Source: a virus. Taken from it: a DNA stretch of 64,000 bases. A program made the translations under genes and the position numbers. Shown one piece after another: positions 1 to 9,469 of the stretch; the first letter of the stretch is position 1, and each line of letters starts with the position of its first letter. The notes below the pieces were generated by a model. The model was not told the origin of the DNA. It saw nothing but the letters and a program-made list of their open reading frames with translations, and made no database searches. The DNA is taken from IMG/VR virus record IMGVR_UViG_3300025108_000016. One strand, 5' to 3'.

Positions 1-2
1 AA

Positions 3-1253
3 GTAGCAGTCAACAGCCTTGGTGCTAGTACTGTTTCTCCTGCTGGATCCGCTCTCGGATCTGCTAACACGGGTGGTCTTGCAGGTTTCGATCCTGTACT
101 GATCAGTCTTGTTCGCCGCGCAATGCCTAACTTGATGGCATATGACGTTTGTGGCGTTCAACCCATGAGCGGTCCTACTGGACTTATCTTCGCAATGCGT
201 TCACGCTACGAGAACCAAGGCGGCGAAGAAGCATTGTTCAACGAGCCTGATGCAGGATTCACTGCAGGTCTCGATGCAACTACTGGTGCTTACACCCCTA
301 GAACTGGCGCTGGCGTTGGTGGCGATGCAGAAGGTAACAACCCTGCACTGCTTAACGATTCCTCACCTGGCACCTACGAGGTTCCCCAAGGATTCTCTCG
401 CGAGAACCTAGAGCAAGCTGGCGATGCTGGCAAACTCTTCCGCGAGATGTCATTCAGCATTGAGAAGACTTCTGTGACTGCAAAGTCCAGAGCACTCAAA
501 GCAGAATACACCTTGGAACTGGCACAAGACCTTAAGGCAATTCATGGTCTTGATGCTGAGCAGGAACTTGCTAACATCTTGTCTAGCGAAGTCCTTGCAG
601 AAATCAACCGCGAAGTCGTCCGTCGCGTATACAGCGTTGCTAAGCCTGGTGCTGCAAACAACGTTGCTAACGCTGGTATCTTTGACCTCGACGTTGACAG
701 CAATGGTCGTTGGTCCGTTGAGAAGTTCAAAGGACTTCTGTTCCAAATCGAGCGCGATTGCAATGCGATTGCACAAGACACTCGTCGTGGCAAAGGCAAC
801 TTCCTCATCTGTTCTGCAGACGTTGCAAGTGCTTTGGCAATGGCAGGCGTTCTTGACTACAGCAGCGGTCTAACTGGCGCTGGCGGTCCTGCAATCGGTA
901 CCGTAGATGACACTGGCAACCTTAGCGTTGGTACGATCAATGGTCGCATCAAGGTTTACGTTGATCCTTATGCTGCTAACCTTAGCGATAAGCACTACTA
1001 CGTAGTTGGTTATAAGGGCACTTCCCCTTATGACGCAGGACTATTCTACTGCCCCTACGTTCCCCTCCAAATGGTTCGTTCCATCGACCCTAACAACTTC
1101 CAACCAAAAATTGGTTTCAAGACTCGTTACGGCATGGTTTCCAACCCATTCGTCACCACCAACGGCGCTTACAACGGCACCCCTGATGGCGAAACGCTTT
1201 CTGCGAACGCTAACATGTACTACAGACGTGTACAAGTTACCAACCTTATGTGA
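3..1253 (+). CDS. g23: Major capsid protein gp23 (5'-truncated by window)
   Basis: Frame open from nt 3; T4 gp23 motifs FDPVLISLVRRAMPNL, GVQPMSGPTGLIFAMR, SRALKAEYTLELAQDLKAIHGLDAE, FQPKIGFKTRYG. Confidence 0.98.
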   Translation, partial: VAVNSLGASTVSPAGSALGSANTGGLAGFDPVLISLVRRAMPNLMAYDVCGVQPMSGPTGLIFAMRSRYENQGGEEALFNEPDAGFTAGLDATTGAYTPRTGAGVGGDAEGNNPALLNDSSPGTYEVPQGFSRENLEQAGDAGKLFREMSFSIEKTSVTAKSRALKAEYTLELAQDLKAIHGLDAEQELANILSSEVLAEINREVVRRVYSVAKPGAANNVANAGIFDLDVDSNGRWSVEKFKGLLFQIERDCNAIAQDTRRGKGNFLICSADVASALAMAGVLDYSSGLTGAGGPAIGTVDDTGNLSVGTINGRIKVYVDPYAANLSDKHYYVVGYKGTSPYDAGLFYCPYVPLQMVRSIDPNNFQPKIGFKTRYGMVSNPFVTTNGAYNGTPDGETLSANANMYYRRVQVTNLM

Positions 1254-1274
1254 TCCATCACTTCAGGTTTCTTC

Positions 1275-1302
1275 AGACCTCCCGAAAGGGGGGTCTTTTT
1301 TT
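1275..1302 (+). terminator. Intrinsic terminator after g23
   Basis: AGACCTCCC-GAAA-GGGGGGTCT followed by T run. Confidence 0.9.
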
Positions 1303-1318
1303 ATCTTTACAATTATTG

Positions 1319-1334
1319 TGTAGTAATATATACA
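1319..1334. promoter_or_regulatory. Possible NtcA-binding site
   Basis: TGTA-GTAATATA-TACA matches TGTA-N8-TACA in an intergenic region; -10 spacing not canonical. Confidence 0.35.
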
Positions 1335-1423
1335 GAAAATAATAATTGTTATCTGTTGATACACTTTAACTAAATGTTTTAGTTTCCTGACATAATTAGT
1401 TAAAGAATTATGCGAGGTGCCTT

Positions 1424-1597
1424 ATGCACAATCTTTTGTCAAGAGCTCAGTTAGATGAGTGGCGACATTTTGAAGATACTATTAACCAAGCAACCTCGGA
1501 GCAAGAAAAACTTAATGATTATTATGAATGTTTGATAGAATGCGATTCATTAAAGCAATCAGAATGTAAAAAAATCTGTAGGAGAATGTTTATGTGA
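1424..1597 (+). CDS. Small Cys-rich hypothetical protein (57 aa)
   Basis: Hand translation MHNLLSRAQLDEWRHF...YYECLIECDSLKQSECKKICRRMFM; GAGG SD upstream; terminator downstream. Confidence 0.75.
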   Translation: MHNLLSRAQLDEWRHFEDTINQATSEQEKLNDYYECLIECDSLKQSECKKICRRMFM

Positions 1598-1622
1598 TAG
1601 CATCCACACATAAAGTGTTACT

Positions 1623-1647
1623 AGGAATCCTAAGGGGTTCCTTTTTT
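1623..1647 (+). terminator. Intrinsic terminator
   Basis: AGGAATCC-TAAG-GGGTTCCT + T run. Confidence 0.75.
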
Positions 1648-1676
1648 ATTAAATATGTGTATGATGGAGTATTAAA

Positions 1677-1847
1677 GTGCCTAGAGGACGTATGCATAAA
1701 CATGAAATGCTAGCAAGAGTTTATAAATTGAAGACTGCACTATACGATGAGACAAATACATTTGATTGTTCCTCAGAAGAAAAGAAAGAAGGAGCACATA
1801 ATGCTCTCAACCAAGTCCTAGACATCCTACAGGAGTTCCGAGAGTGA
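1677..1847 (+). CDS. Small hypothetical protein (56 aa)
   Basis: GTG start, GGAG SD; MPRGRMHKHEMLARVYKLKTALYD... Confidence 0.7.
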   Translation: MPRGRMHKHEMLARVYKLKTALYDETNTFDCSSEEKKEGAHNALNQVLDILQEFRE

Positions 1848-1984
1848 AAGACCTAGACTTTATTGATGATGTTCTAGAAGACGATATAGAGGGTCTGAGA
1901 GCACGTATAGCGAAGGCAAAAAATGAAGTGTTAATGGAAGAACCCTGTCCATTTTACGAAATTGAGGATTGGACCTACGACTAA
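1844..1984 (+). CDS. Small acidic hypothetical protein (46 aa)
   Basis: GTGA overlap with previous ORF; MKDLDFIDDVLEDDIEGLRARIAKAK... Confidence 0.6.
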   Translation: MKDLDFIDDVLEDDIEGLRARIAKAKNEVLMEEPCPFYEIEDWTYD

Positions 1985-2012
1985 ATAGTAGTGCTTGGGA
2001 TGCTGACATACA

Positions 2013-2504
2013 ATGCCTGCTAATTGGTATAAAGAACAACCGAAAAATAGAAACTATCTATCTCCTTTAGGTTTCCAACTTAAGTTGGAACTTTTTGAGG
2101 GGGTAGATTTTTTCTGCCAAAGCGCAGGCATCCCTGAGATTAACATGCCTTTCACAGAGGTTCCTACCCGCTTTAGAAACTTCCCTGTCACTCCTGGTGG
2201 TGGAGTTACCTATGGTGATCTACTTGTTCAATTTATAGTTGATGAAGATCTTGTAAACTACAAGAGTATACATGAATGGATTAAAAAGAATGGAGGATCT
2301 GAGGAGCACAGCAGTGATGAGATAGAATTTTCTCAGGGTCAATTGCACATCACCACTTCACATTTTAATATAAATCACATTGTTGATTTTAATCGTTTGT
2401 TCCCAATCAGTTTGACGGGTCTCACGATGGACGCTACACAAACTGACACACAATACTTCACAGCACAAGTCGCTTTCAAGTATACTGATTTTATAATCCG
2501 TTAA
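2013..2504 (+). CDS. g3: Tail completion / sheath stabiliser gp3
   Basis: NRNYLSPLGF motif, tail-tube-like pattern, g23-g3-uvsY synteny; late promoter CTAAATA at 1981. Confidence 0.85.
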   Translation: MPANWYKEQPKNRNYLSPLGFQLKLELFEGVDFFCQSAGIPEINMPFTEVPTRFRNFPVTPGGGVTYGDLLVQFIVDEDLVNYKSIHEWIKKNGGSEEHSSDEIEFSQGQLHITTSHFNINHIVDFNRLFPISLTGLTMDATQTDTQYFTAQVAFKYTDFIIR

Positions 2505-2515
2505 GGATCTAATGT

Positions 2516-2989
2516 ATGAATTTTGACAAACTACATCATCTCTTTGAAAAAATTAAATCTGACTGGAAGACTGATAGTTACGTAGAACATGAGTTCCGCA
2601 ACAAATCATACTCAGCAGACCTAGGAAAAATCTCATTAGAGATCCCTTTCTTACATAATAAATACTTAAACCATTACACAGATCTTTCACAGGTAAAGAC
2701 TAGTCTAGAATTTGAATTAAGAAAAATCATAAAAGAAAAACGAGAGTATTACGGCGGTGAAGCAGATGCTAAAACGTATGCCGAAAAACCTTTTGGGTCT
2801 AGTATTAAAACAAGTGAAAAGATGAGAGTCTATCTTGATGCTGATGAGGAAGTCATCAACATTGAAGCAAAGGTTAAGTACATTGAGATGATGTTAAATT
2901 ATCTTGATCATGTGCTAAAGCAAATTTCTGCTCGCAACTACCATGTGAAAAACGCGATTGAATGGGAAAGATTTATTAATGGAACCTAA
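2516..2989 (+). CDS. uvsY: Recombination mediator UvsY
   Basis: IPFLHNKYL, C-terminal RNYHVKNAIEWERF; position before uvsW. Confidence 0.92.
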   Translation: MNFDKLHHLFEKIKSDWKTDSYVEHEFRNKSYSADLGKISLEIPFLHNKYLNHYTDLSQVKTSLEFELRKIIKEKREYYGGEADAKTYAEKPFGSSIKTSEKMRVYLDADEEVINIEAKVKYIEMMLNYLDHVLKQISARNYHVKNAIEWERFINGT

Positions 2990-4455
2990 TGTCCGACATT
3001 GTTATTAAAAAGAAGAATGAGGTTTATCTGACTCTTCAATCAGAACCTCACATTCATCATGAACTATCAGATTATTTTTCTTTTGAACTACCTGAAGCAA
3101 AGTTTCTGAAGAGACAACCTAGGTTCAAATACTGGGATGGAATGATTCGTCTGTACTCTCCAGGTACAGGCGAGTTGTATACTGGGTTGTTAAATCACCT
3201 CAAGCTTTGGGCAAACGAAAGACGTTACACAATTGAGTATGAAGAAAATGAATGGTATGGAGACGCAGAGGAGTCTAATGACTTTGTATCCCCTGGTGGC
3301 GTAAAAGTTTTTATGGATAAGATCTCTAAGTATGAACCTAGAGACTATCAATATGGCACAGTTTATCAAGCACTTAAAAACAATAGAGGATTATTTGTAT
3401 CCCCCACAGGATCTGGCAAGTCATTGATGATCTATAGTATCGTTAGATACTATGTTGCTACAAAGAAAAAAATACTATTGATTGTTCCTACTACATCTCT
3501 AGTAGAACAGATGGTAAAAGACTTTAAAGACTATGGATGGAATGCAGAGGAATATTGCCACACCATTTATTCAGGCAAAGATAAGAATACTGATAAACCA
3601 GTTGTCATATCTACCTGGCAATCAATCTATAAATTTCCCAAAAGATACTTCGATGACATTGACTGTGTTATCGGTGATGAAGCACATCTATTTAAGTCAA
3701 AGAGTCTGACAGGCATCATGACCAAGCTACACAACGCTAAGTACCGCTTTGGGTTCACAGGTACACTAGATGGTAGCAAGACTCATAAGTGGGTATTAGA
3801 GGGTCTCTTTGGTTCTTGTGAGAAAGTTACTAAGACTGATGATCTAATCAAGAAAGGATATCTATCTAACTTACGTATCAAAATTCTTATGTGTAAGCAT
3901 GAGTATCAATACTTTGAGGACTACCATGCAGAGATGGAGTATCTTGTTACATGTAAAAAAAGAAACAACCTCATCAAGAATCTAGTTAAAGATATAGATG
4001 GCAATACATTGGTTCTATTCAACTATGTCGAGAAACATGGTGAACCATTGTATGAGATGATAAATAATGTGGTAGCGGACGATAGAAAAGTATTCTTCGT
4101 CCATGGTTCAGTTGACGTTGACTCAAGAGAAGAAGTGCGTCAGATTGCTGAAACAGAAAACAACGCAGTGATTATTGCTTCTTACGGAACTTTCTCCACA
4201 GGCATTAACATTAAACGTTTACACAATATTATCTTCGCATCACCTTCTAAATCTAGAGTTCGTAATCTACAATCAATTGGTAGAGTCTTGAGGAAGGGAG
4301 AAGGAAAAACCATAGCAACACTTTATGATATTGCTGATGACATCTCTAACGAAACAAGATCTAATTACACTTTAAGACATCTATACGAAAGAGTGAAGAT
4401 CTATCAAGAAGAGAATTTCAAATATGAAAAAGTAAAAATAGATCTAAGAAAATAA
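2989..4455 (+). CDS. uvsW: SF2 helicase UvsW
   Basis: SPTGSGKS Walker A, GDEAH, TGT, QSIGRVLR. Confidence 0.96.
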   Translation: MSDIVIKKKNEVYLTLQSEPHIHHELSDYFSFELPEAKFLKRQPRFKYWDGMIRLYSPGTGELYTGLLNHLKLWANERRYTIEYEENEWYGDAEESNDFVSPGGVKVFMDKISKYEPRDYQYGTVYQALKNNRGLFVSPTGSGKSLMIYSIVRYYVATKKKILLIVPTTSLVEQMVKDFKDYGWNAEEYCHTIYSGKDKNTDKPVVISTWQSIYKFPKRYFDDIDCVIGDEAHLFKSKSLTGIMTKLHNAKYRFGFTGTLDGSKTHKWVLEGLFGSCEKVTKTDDLIKKGYLSNLRIKILMCKHEYQYFEDYHAEMEYLVTCKKRNNLIKNLVKDIDGNTLVLFNYVEKHGEPLYEMINNVVADDRKVFFVHGSVDVDSREEVRQIAETENNAVIIASYGTFSTGINIKRLHNIIFASPSKSRVRNLQSIGRVLRKGEGKTIATLYDIADDISNETRSNYTLRHLYERVKIYQEENFKYEKVKIDLRK

Positions 4456-4456
4456 T

Positions 4457-4846
4457 ATGGAAGAAGAATTCTATTCAACTATAAAATTATCTACTGGTGA
4501 AGAACTTATTGCAAAGGTATGTTATTTACCTGAAGAAGATTCTTTACTAGTAGAAAATCCAATGATAGTTGAAACTCATACTTCAAAAAAGAATGGTAAA
4601 CGTGTAGAAGGATTTGTCTTAAAGGAATGGTTACATTCATCTTATGATGACATGTTTGTATTAAAGATGAATCAAATAGTTACTATGAGTGAATTGGATG
4701 AAAGAATCAAAAAATTCTATCTAGGTAATCTAGAAGATGATAAAGGTGAAGTTAGTGTAGAACCTAATAAACTTAAAAACAATGGTTACGTAGGTTCAGT
4801 AGAGGAAGTCAAGAAGAATCTTGAATCTCTATTCAAGAGAAGCTAA
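4457..4846 (+). CDS. Conserved cyanomyophage hypothetical protein (Sm-like)
   Basis: IKLSTGEELIAKV motif; conserved slot between uvsW and g55. Confidence 0.7.
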   Translation: MEEEFYSTIKLSTGEELIAKVCYLPEEDSLLVENPMIVETHTSKKNGKRVEGFVLKEWLHSSYDDMFVLKMNQIVTMSELDERIKKFYLGNLEDDKGEVSVEPNKLKNNGYVGSVEEVKKNLESLFKRS

Positions 4847-4916
4847 TAGATACAGTTATCTTTTGAACCCTTAACAGAGTCATCCTACTGAGGTTCTGAG
4901 GATTTGTCAAGCCCCC

Positions 4917-4945
4917 TTGACAGATTGTTTGCAATCACCTATAAT
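4917..4945 (+). promoter_or_regulatory. sigma70-type promoter of g55
   Basis: Perfect TTGACA-N17-TATAAT. Confidence 0.9.
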
Positions 4946-4969
4946 AGATGCAAGGAAACAAGTAAAAGC

Positions 4970-5464
4970 ATGACCAGAACTAAGAACAAAGAATACTACG
5001 TCAACAACAAAGAGTTTCTGGCTGCTATCACTGAGTACCGTAGACTGGTACATAAAGCACTAGAGGATGGTAAAGACCGACCGCGTGTTACCAACTACAT
5101 TGGAGAGTGCTTTCTTAAGATCGCTACACACCTCTCGTACAAACCAAATTTTGTTAACTACATGTTTCGTGAGGACATGATCTGCGATGGTATCGAGAAC
5201 TGCCTACAGTACATCGATAACTTCGACCCAGAGAAGAGTTCTAATCCTTTTGCATACTTCACCCAGATTATCTACTACGCCTTCCTGAGACGCATACAGA
5301 AGGAGAAGAAGCAACTGGAGATTAAGCAGCGTGTTCTTGAGAAGTCAGGTTATCAGGAAGTCATGTATACCGAACGCTATGAGGGTGATATGGCAGGTAT
5401 GAACGCATCGTATTCTGACATGGGTAGCATCAAAGAAAATATTGAAACAAGAATGAATCGATGA
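4970..5464 (+). CDS. g55: Late transcription sigma factor gp55
   Basis: YVNNKEFL, PNFVNYMFREDMICDGIENCLQYIDNFDPEKSSNPFAYFTQI; start placed at ATG downstream of the promoter. Confidence 0.96.
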   Translation: MTRTKNKEYYVNNKEFLAAITEYRRLVHKALEDGKDRPRVTNYIGECFLKIATHLSYKPNFVNYMFREDMICDGIENCLQYIDNFDPEKSSNPFAYFTQIIYYAFLRRIQKEKKQLEIKQRVLEKSGYQEVMYTERYEGDMAGMNASYSDMGSIKENIETRMNR

Positions 5465-5739
5465 AATCTACATTAGCAACTAGTCTAGGTCCTAATCCTA
5501 CAATTGAAAAAAATATTCCTGATGATCAAGTCTGGATTGATGACGTTTTCTATGTCAAGAAAACTATGTTTGGTCTTTACACTAGTGTATTGAAAAATCC
5601 TCTTGGTGCTAATTTTATTACTGGTGCTACTGAGGAAGGAGTTATTAAGATGACTAGATGGCATCTTAAGTGTCTGCAAGATGGCACACTTGATGATTAT
5701 ACGTATGTTACTTCTGTTGCTATGGGTGTCAAACTTTGA
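5461..5739 (+). CDS. Hypothetical protein
   Basis: 4-nt overlaps with g55 and g47. Confidence 0.7.
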   Translation: MKSTLATSLGPNPTIEKNIPDDQVWIDDVFYVKKTMFGLYTSVLKNPLGANFITGATEEGVIKMTRWHLKCLQDGTLDDYTYVTSVAMGVKL

Positions 5740-6779
5740 AAATTGCATTAATTACTGACCAGCATCTAGACGGACGCAAGGGTTCTTTGGCATTCTGGAC
5801 TTACTTTCAGAAGTTCTATGACGATGTATTTTTTCCAACGCTTGAGAAAGAGGGTATCACCACGATCATTGATCTTGGCGACACATTTGATAACAGAAAG
5901 TCTATGGATTATAATGTATGTAATCGAGTTACGACTAATTATTTCGATAGACTAAAGAACTATAAAGTACACATGTTGCTTGGCAATCATTGTGTTTACT
6001 ATAAAAATACAAACAAAATTAACTCACCTGAGTTGCTGCTCAAGCAATACGATAACATTACCATCTATTCTGAACCCAAGCATCTAAAACTTGGCAGTAA
6101 GAAATTCTTGATGCTTCCTTGGATTAATAAAGAAAATCAAGATAAAGTCTTTAAACTTCTAAAAACTAGTGAGGCAGACGTATGTTGTGGTCACCTAGAA
6201 CTCTCTGGATTTGAGATGAATGCAGGTATGGTGATGGATCATGGTATGGACCACAAATTGTTTCATCGTTTTAAACGTGTTTGGTCTGGACACTATCACC
6301 ACCAATCAAAAAAAGGTAACGTTCAGTACCTTGGCAACCCTTATCAGATGTTCTGGAATGATTATAAAGACTCTCGCGGTTTCCATATCTACGATACTGA
6401 AAGTGATAAACTTAAGTTTGTCGCGAATCCCTATGAGATCTTTGACAAAATCTTCTATGACGACACCAGTGTGGACTACAACAAACAAGATGTGTCATGT
6501 TATAAAGACAAGTACATCAAAATCATTGTTGAACAAAAAACAGATTACCACATGTTCGAGACATTGGTTGATCGTCTTTACAACGTAGGAGTTCATGATG
6601 TAAAGATTGCTGAGACACTTCTAGAAGATGATCTAAATGATTCTGATGCAGACGTTGAGGTGAAAGATACCATGACATTGCTGAGTGAGTATATTGATGA
6701 AGTAGAAATGTCCGTAAACAAAAATGATTTAAAAAATCTTATGAAATCTCTATATATTGAAAGTTGCGAAATCGCCTAA
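5736..6779 (+). CDS. g47: Recombination endonuclease gp47 (Mre11/SbcD-like)
   Basis: DQH, LGDTFD, GNH, GHLE, SGHYH phosphoesterase motifs. Confidence 0.95.
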   Translation: MKIALITDQHLDGRKGSLAFWTYFQKFYDDVFFPTLEKEGITTIIDLGDTFDNRKSMDYNVCNRVTTNYFDRLKNYKVHMLLGNHCVYYKNTNKINSPELLLKQYDNITIYSEPKHLKLGSKKFLMLPWINKENQDKVFKLLKTSEADVCCGHLELSGFEMNAGMVMDHGMDHKLFHRFKRVWSGHYHHQSKKGNVQYLGNPYQMFWNDYKDSRGFHIYDTESDKLKFVANPYEIFDKIFYDDTSVDYNKQDVSCYKDKYIKIIVEQKTDYHMFETLVDRLYNVGVHDVKIAETLLEDDLNDSDADVEVKDTMTLLSEYIDEVEMSVNKNDLKNLMKSLYIESCEIA

Positions 6780-7048
6780 TGTTTATCTTAACTCTGGAGG
6801 GCAAAGAGACTGGAGTATTTTCTCTTCTGAATGATGTAGGTGAACAGGTGATTCCTTTGTTTATAGAGTTTGATGATGCAAACAGGTACAACATTATGAT
6901 GCATGACCTGACTGAAAAGAAAATACCACTGAGCATTACCGAGGTTGACAAGGAAATTATTGTGAACGCATGTGTTGAAAGAGATCAAAAGTATGCTATA
7001 ATAACCCCTGATGACCTATTGATTCCTCCTGAAGACGTTCTTGCATGA
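6779..7048 (+). CDS. Conserved hypothetical protein between g47 and g46
   Basis: TAATG/ATGA coupling to neighbours; ITPDDLLIPP C-terminus. Confidence 0.75.
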   Translation: MFILTLEGKETGVFSLLNDVGEQVIPLFIEFDDANRYNIMMHDLTEKKIPLSITEVDKEIIVNACVERDQKYAIITPDDLLIPPEDVLA

Positions 7049-8772
7049 TAACCTTTAAAAAGATTCGATGGAAGAATTTCCTTTCCACAGGGAACGTCTT
7101 CACCGAAGTTGATATTTGTAAAAACAAAACTAATCTAATCGTTGGTGACAACGGAGCAGGTAAGAGTACTATTCTAGATGCTCTTACCTTTTCTTTGTTT
7201 GGGAAACCATTTCGTAAGATCAACAAACCAATGTTGATCAATAGTATCAACGAGAAAGATTGCATTACTGAAATTGAGTTTAGTATTGGGAACAATGATT
7301 ATAAAGTTGTTCGTGGTATTAAACCAAATATTTTTGAGATCTACTGCAATGACCAGTTGTGGAATCAAGAAAGCACTACAGTAGATCAACAGAAAAATCT
7401 TGAGCAAAACATACTTAAGATGAACTATAAGTCATTCACGCAAATCGTGGTGCTTGGTTCTTCTACGTTTGTTCCATTCATGCGTTTGCCTGTTGCTCAA
7501 CGTCGTGAGATCATCGAAGACATCTTGGATATTCAAATCTTCTCTACGATGAATGTCTTATTGCGAGATAAGATTCGTGAGAATAATGATGAACTTAAGG
7601 AGTTTGATTATCAAATTGATCTCCTTAAAGAAAAAGTTAGTCTTCAAAAATCATACTTGTTAGAACTCGACAAGAAAAACAAGGCAGATATTTCTAATAA
7701 AGAAAATAAAATTGCTGAGTTACTGGATGAGGAAAACAAACATCACTTGGTTATCAAAGAAACTAATGATGTTATAGAACAACTCAACACTCAAATTGGG
7801 GACTATTCTGAATCTTCCAAAAAACTTAAGAAACTTAATACGTTTCTTATTAAAGTTAGTTCTAAATTGACTGCCTGTAAAAAAGAACATGAATTCTTTG
7901 AACAAAATCATGTGTGTCCTACCTGTACACAAGAATTGACTGAAGAGTTTAGATCTAACAAAATTGAATCTGGTAAAACAAAACTAGATGAAATGTCTCT
8001 AGGTTATAATGAAATCCTGCAAGCAATTGGTGAGGAAGAAAAACGTTTCTATAAATGGAATGAAATTTCTACAGAAATCACTGATAAAAATAATGCAATT
8101 TCACAATCAAACTTTGCGATCACTCAGATTCGTAAGTCTATTGTGAATGTAGAGAGCGACATTAAAAACCTAGAGTCTGGTGGCGGGGATAAAAAAGAAG
8201 CATTCACTAGACTAGAAAGTTTAGTTGAAGAGAAAAAACAACTAGCACTTCGCATGTCTGAGTCTAAACAAGATAAAGATGTGTTAAGTGTTGCTTCTCA
8301 GTTGTTGAAAGATAACGGAATTAAGACTAGAATTATAAAGAAGTATCTCCCCACAATGAATAAACTGATTAATCAGTATCTTCAGGGGATGGAATTCTAC
8401 GTTAACTTTAGTCTTGATGAAAATTTTGAGGAAACTATTAAGTCGCGTTACAGAGATCAGTTTTCCTACGCATCTTTCAGTGAAGGAGAGAAAGCTCGTA
8501 TTGATATTGCTCTTCTGCTTACTTGGCGTAGCATTGCTAAACTTAAGAATAGTGTGGATACTAATCTCCTTATCTTAGATGAGATCTTTGATGGTTCATT
8601 GGATCATCAAGGTGGTAGCGATCTTGGTTGGATCCTCAGAAACTTTGATGATAGTGTTTCTATCTACGTTATCTCTCACAAAGAACAAATGACTGACAAG
8701 TATGATAGAACATTGAACGTAGAAAAAATCAAGAACTATTCTGTGGTGAGAGAAACCATTAACGAAGAATGA
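7045..8772 (+). CDS. g46: Recombination ATPase gp46 (Rad50/SbcC-like)
   Basis: GDNGAGKS, CPTC zinc hook, FSEGEK signature, LILDEIFD. Confidence 0.96.
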   Translation: MITFKKIRWKNFLSTGNVFTEVDICKNKTNLIVGDNGAGKSTILDALTFSLFGKPFRKINKPMLINSINEKDCITEIEFSIGNNDYKVVRGIKPNIFEIYCNDQLWNQESTTVDQQKNLEQNILKMNYKSFTQIVVLGSSTFVPFMRLPVAQRREIIEDILDIQIFSTMNVLLRDKIRENNDELKEFDYQIDLLKEKVSLQKSYLLELDKKNKADISNKENKIAELLDEENKHHLVIKETNDVIEQLNTQIGDYSESSKKLKKLNTFLIKVSSKLTACKKEHEFFEQNHVCPTCTQELTEEFRSNKIESGKTKLDEMSLGYNEILQAIGEEEKRFYKWNEISTEITDKNNAISQSNFAITQIRKSIVNVESDIKNLESGGGDKKEAFTRLESLVEEKKQLALRMSESKQDKDVLSVASQLLKDNGIKTRIIKKYLPTMNKLINQYLQGMEFYVNFSLDENFEETIKSRYRDQFSYASFSEGEKARIDIALLLTWRSIAKLKNSVDTNLLILDEIFDGSLDHQGGSDLGWILRNFDDSVSIYVISHKEQMTDKYDRTLNVEKIKNYSVVRETINEE

Positions 8773-9401
8773 CTTACCCAACTCTAAAAACAGATGACGG
8801 GTGGGAACTATTTCCTTTGTTTGCTAAAGCAGTTTCTATTCACCATGTAGATGAAACTATATGTAAGGAACTTCAAGATCTTGAAGTGAAATGCAATTGG
8901 AATGAAGACGATGGAACTGATGGTTGTAAAGGAGCAGTTAGTACAGAAAAAAATGTTCTTGATCTAAACTCGGTTCTCAAGCAAAAACTCCATAGTATTG
9001 TTCATGACTATGTACAGAGAACTATGGGATACATTTGTGATGTTCAGTTTACAACTTCATGGTTTGCTAGAACATACGAAGATGGATTCTGTGAAGAACA
9101 TATGCATAGCAATTCTTGGTTCAGTGGTATTATATACTATGGTGAGTACGAAAAAGATACTGCGCCAATTCAATTTACAGATTCTAATCCACATAGCGTT
9201 TGTGTAAAAGTATCTGAATTTAATTTCTTTAATTCATTTGCTTGGAACATTCAACCTGAACATGCATTAATTGTTATGTTTCCTAGTGAGCTACGACATA
9301 AAGTATTAAGAAACAAATCCCAGTGGACACGTAATGCTTTGGCATTTAACGTTATGCCTAAGGGTGATGTCGGTATTCAGGACAGCGTGTTCCAATACTA
9401 G
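8769..9401 (+). CDS. 2OG-Fe(II) oxygenase-like protein
   Basis: HMHSNSWFSGIIYY ... FPSELRHKV ... R..AFN pattern. Confidence 0.8.
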   Translation: MTYPTLKTDDGWELFPLFAKAVSIHHVDETICKELQDLEVKCNWNEDDGTDGCKGAVSTEKNVLDLNSVLKQKLHSIVHDYVQRTMGYICDVQFTTSWFARTYEDGFCEEHMHSNSWFSGIIYYGEYEKDTAPIQFTDSNPHSVCVKVSEFNFFNSFAWNIQPEHALIVMFPSELRHKVLRNKSQWTRNALAFNVMPKGDVGIQDSVFQY

Positions 9402-9410
9402 AAGTGGCAT

Positions 9411-9446
9411 AGGGGGGTCTGACGACCCCCTTTTTTTGTGTATACT
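9411..9446 (+). terminator. Terminator with overlapping promoter
   Basis: AGGGGGGTC-TGAC-GACCCCCT + T run; CTGACG (-35-like) in the loop, TATACT at 9441. Confidence 0.75.
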
Positions 9447-9469
9447 AGTTGCATAGAGAGAAAGAAACC

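Noticed and set aside
1424-1597. CP12 assignment for the Cys-rich microprotein
   Set aside because: Lacks the AWD.VEEL core and the C-x8-C-terminal pattern of CP12
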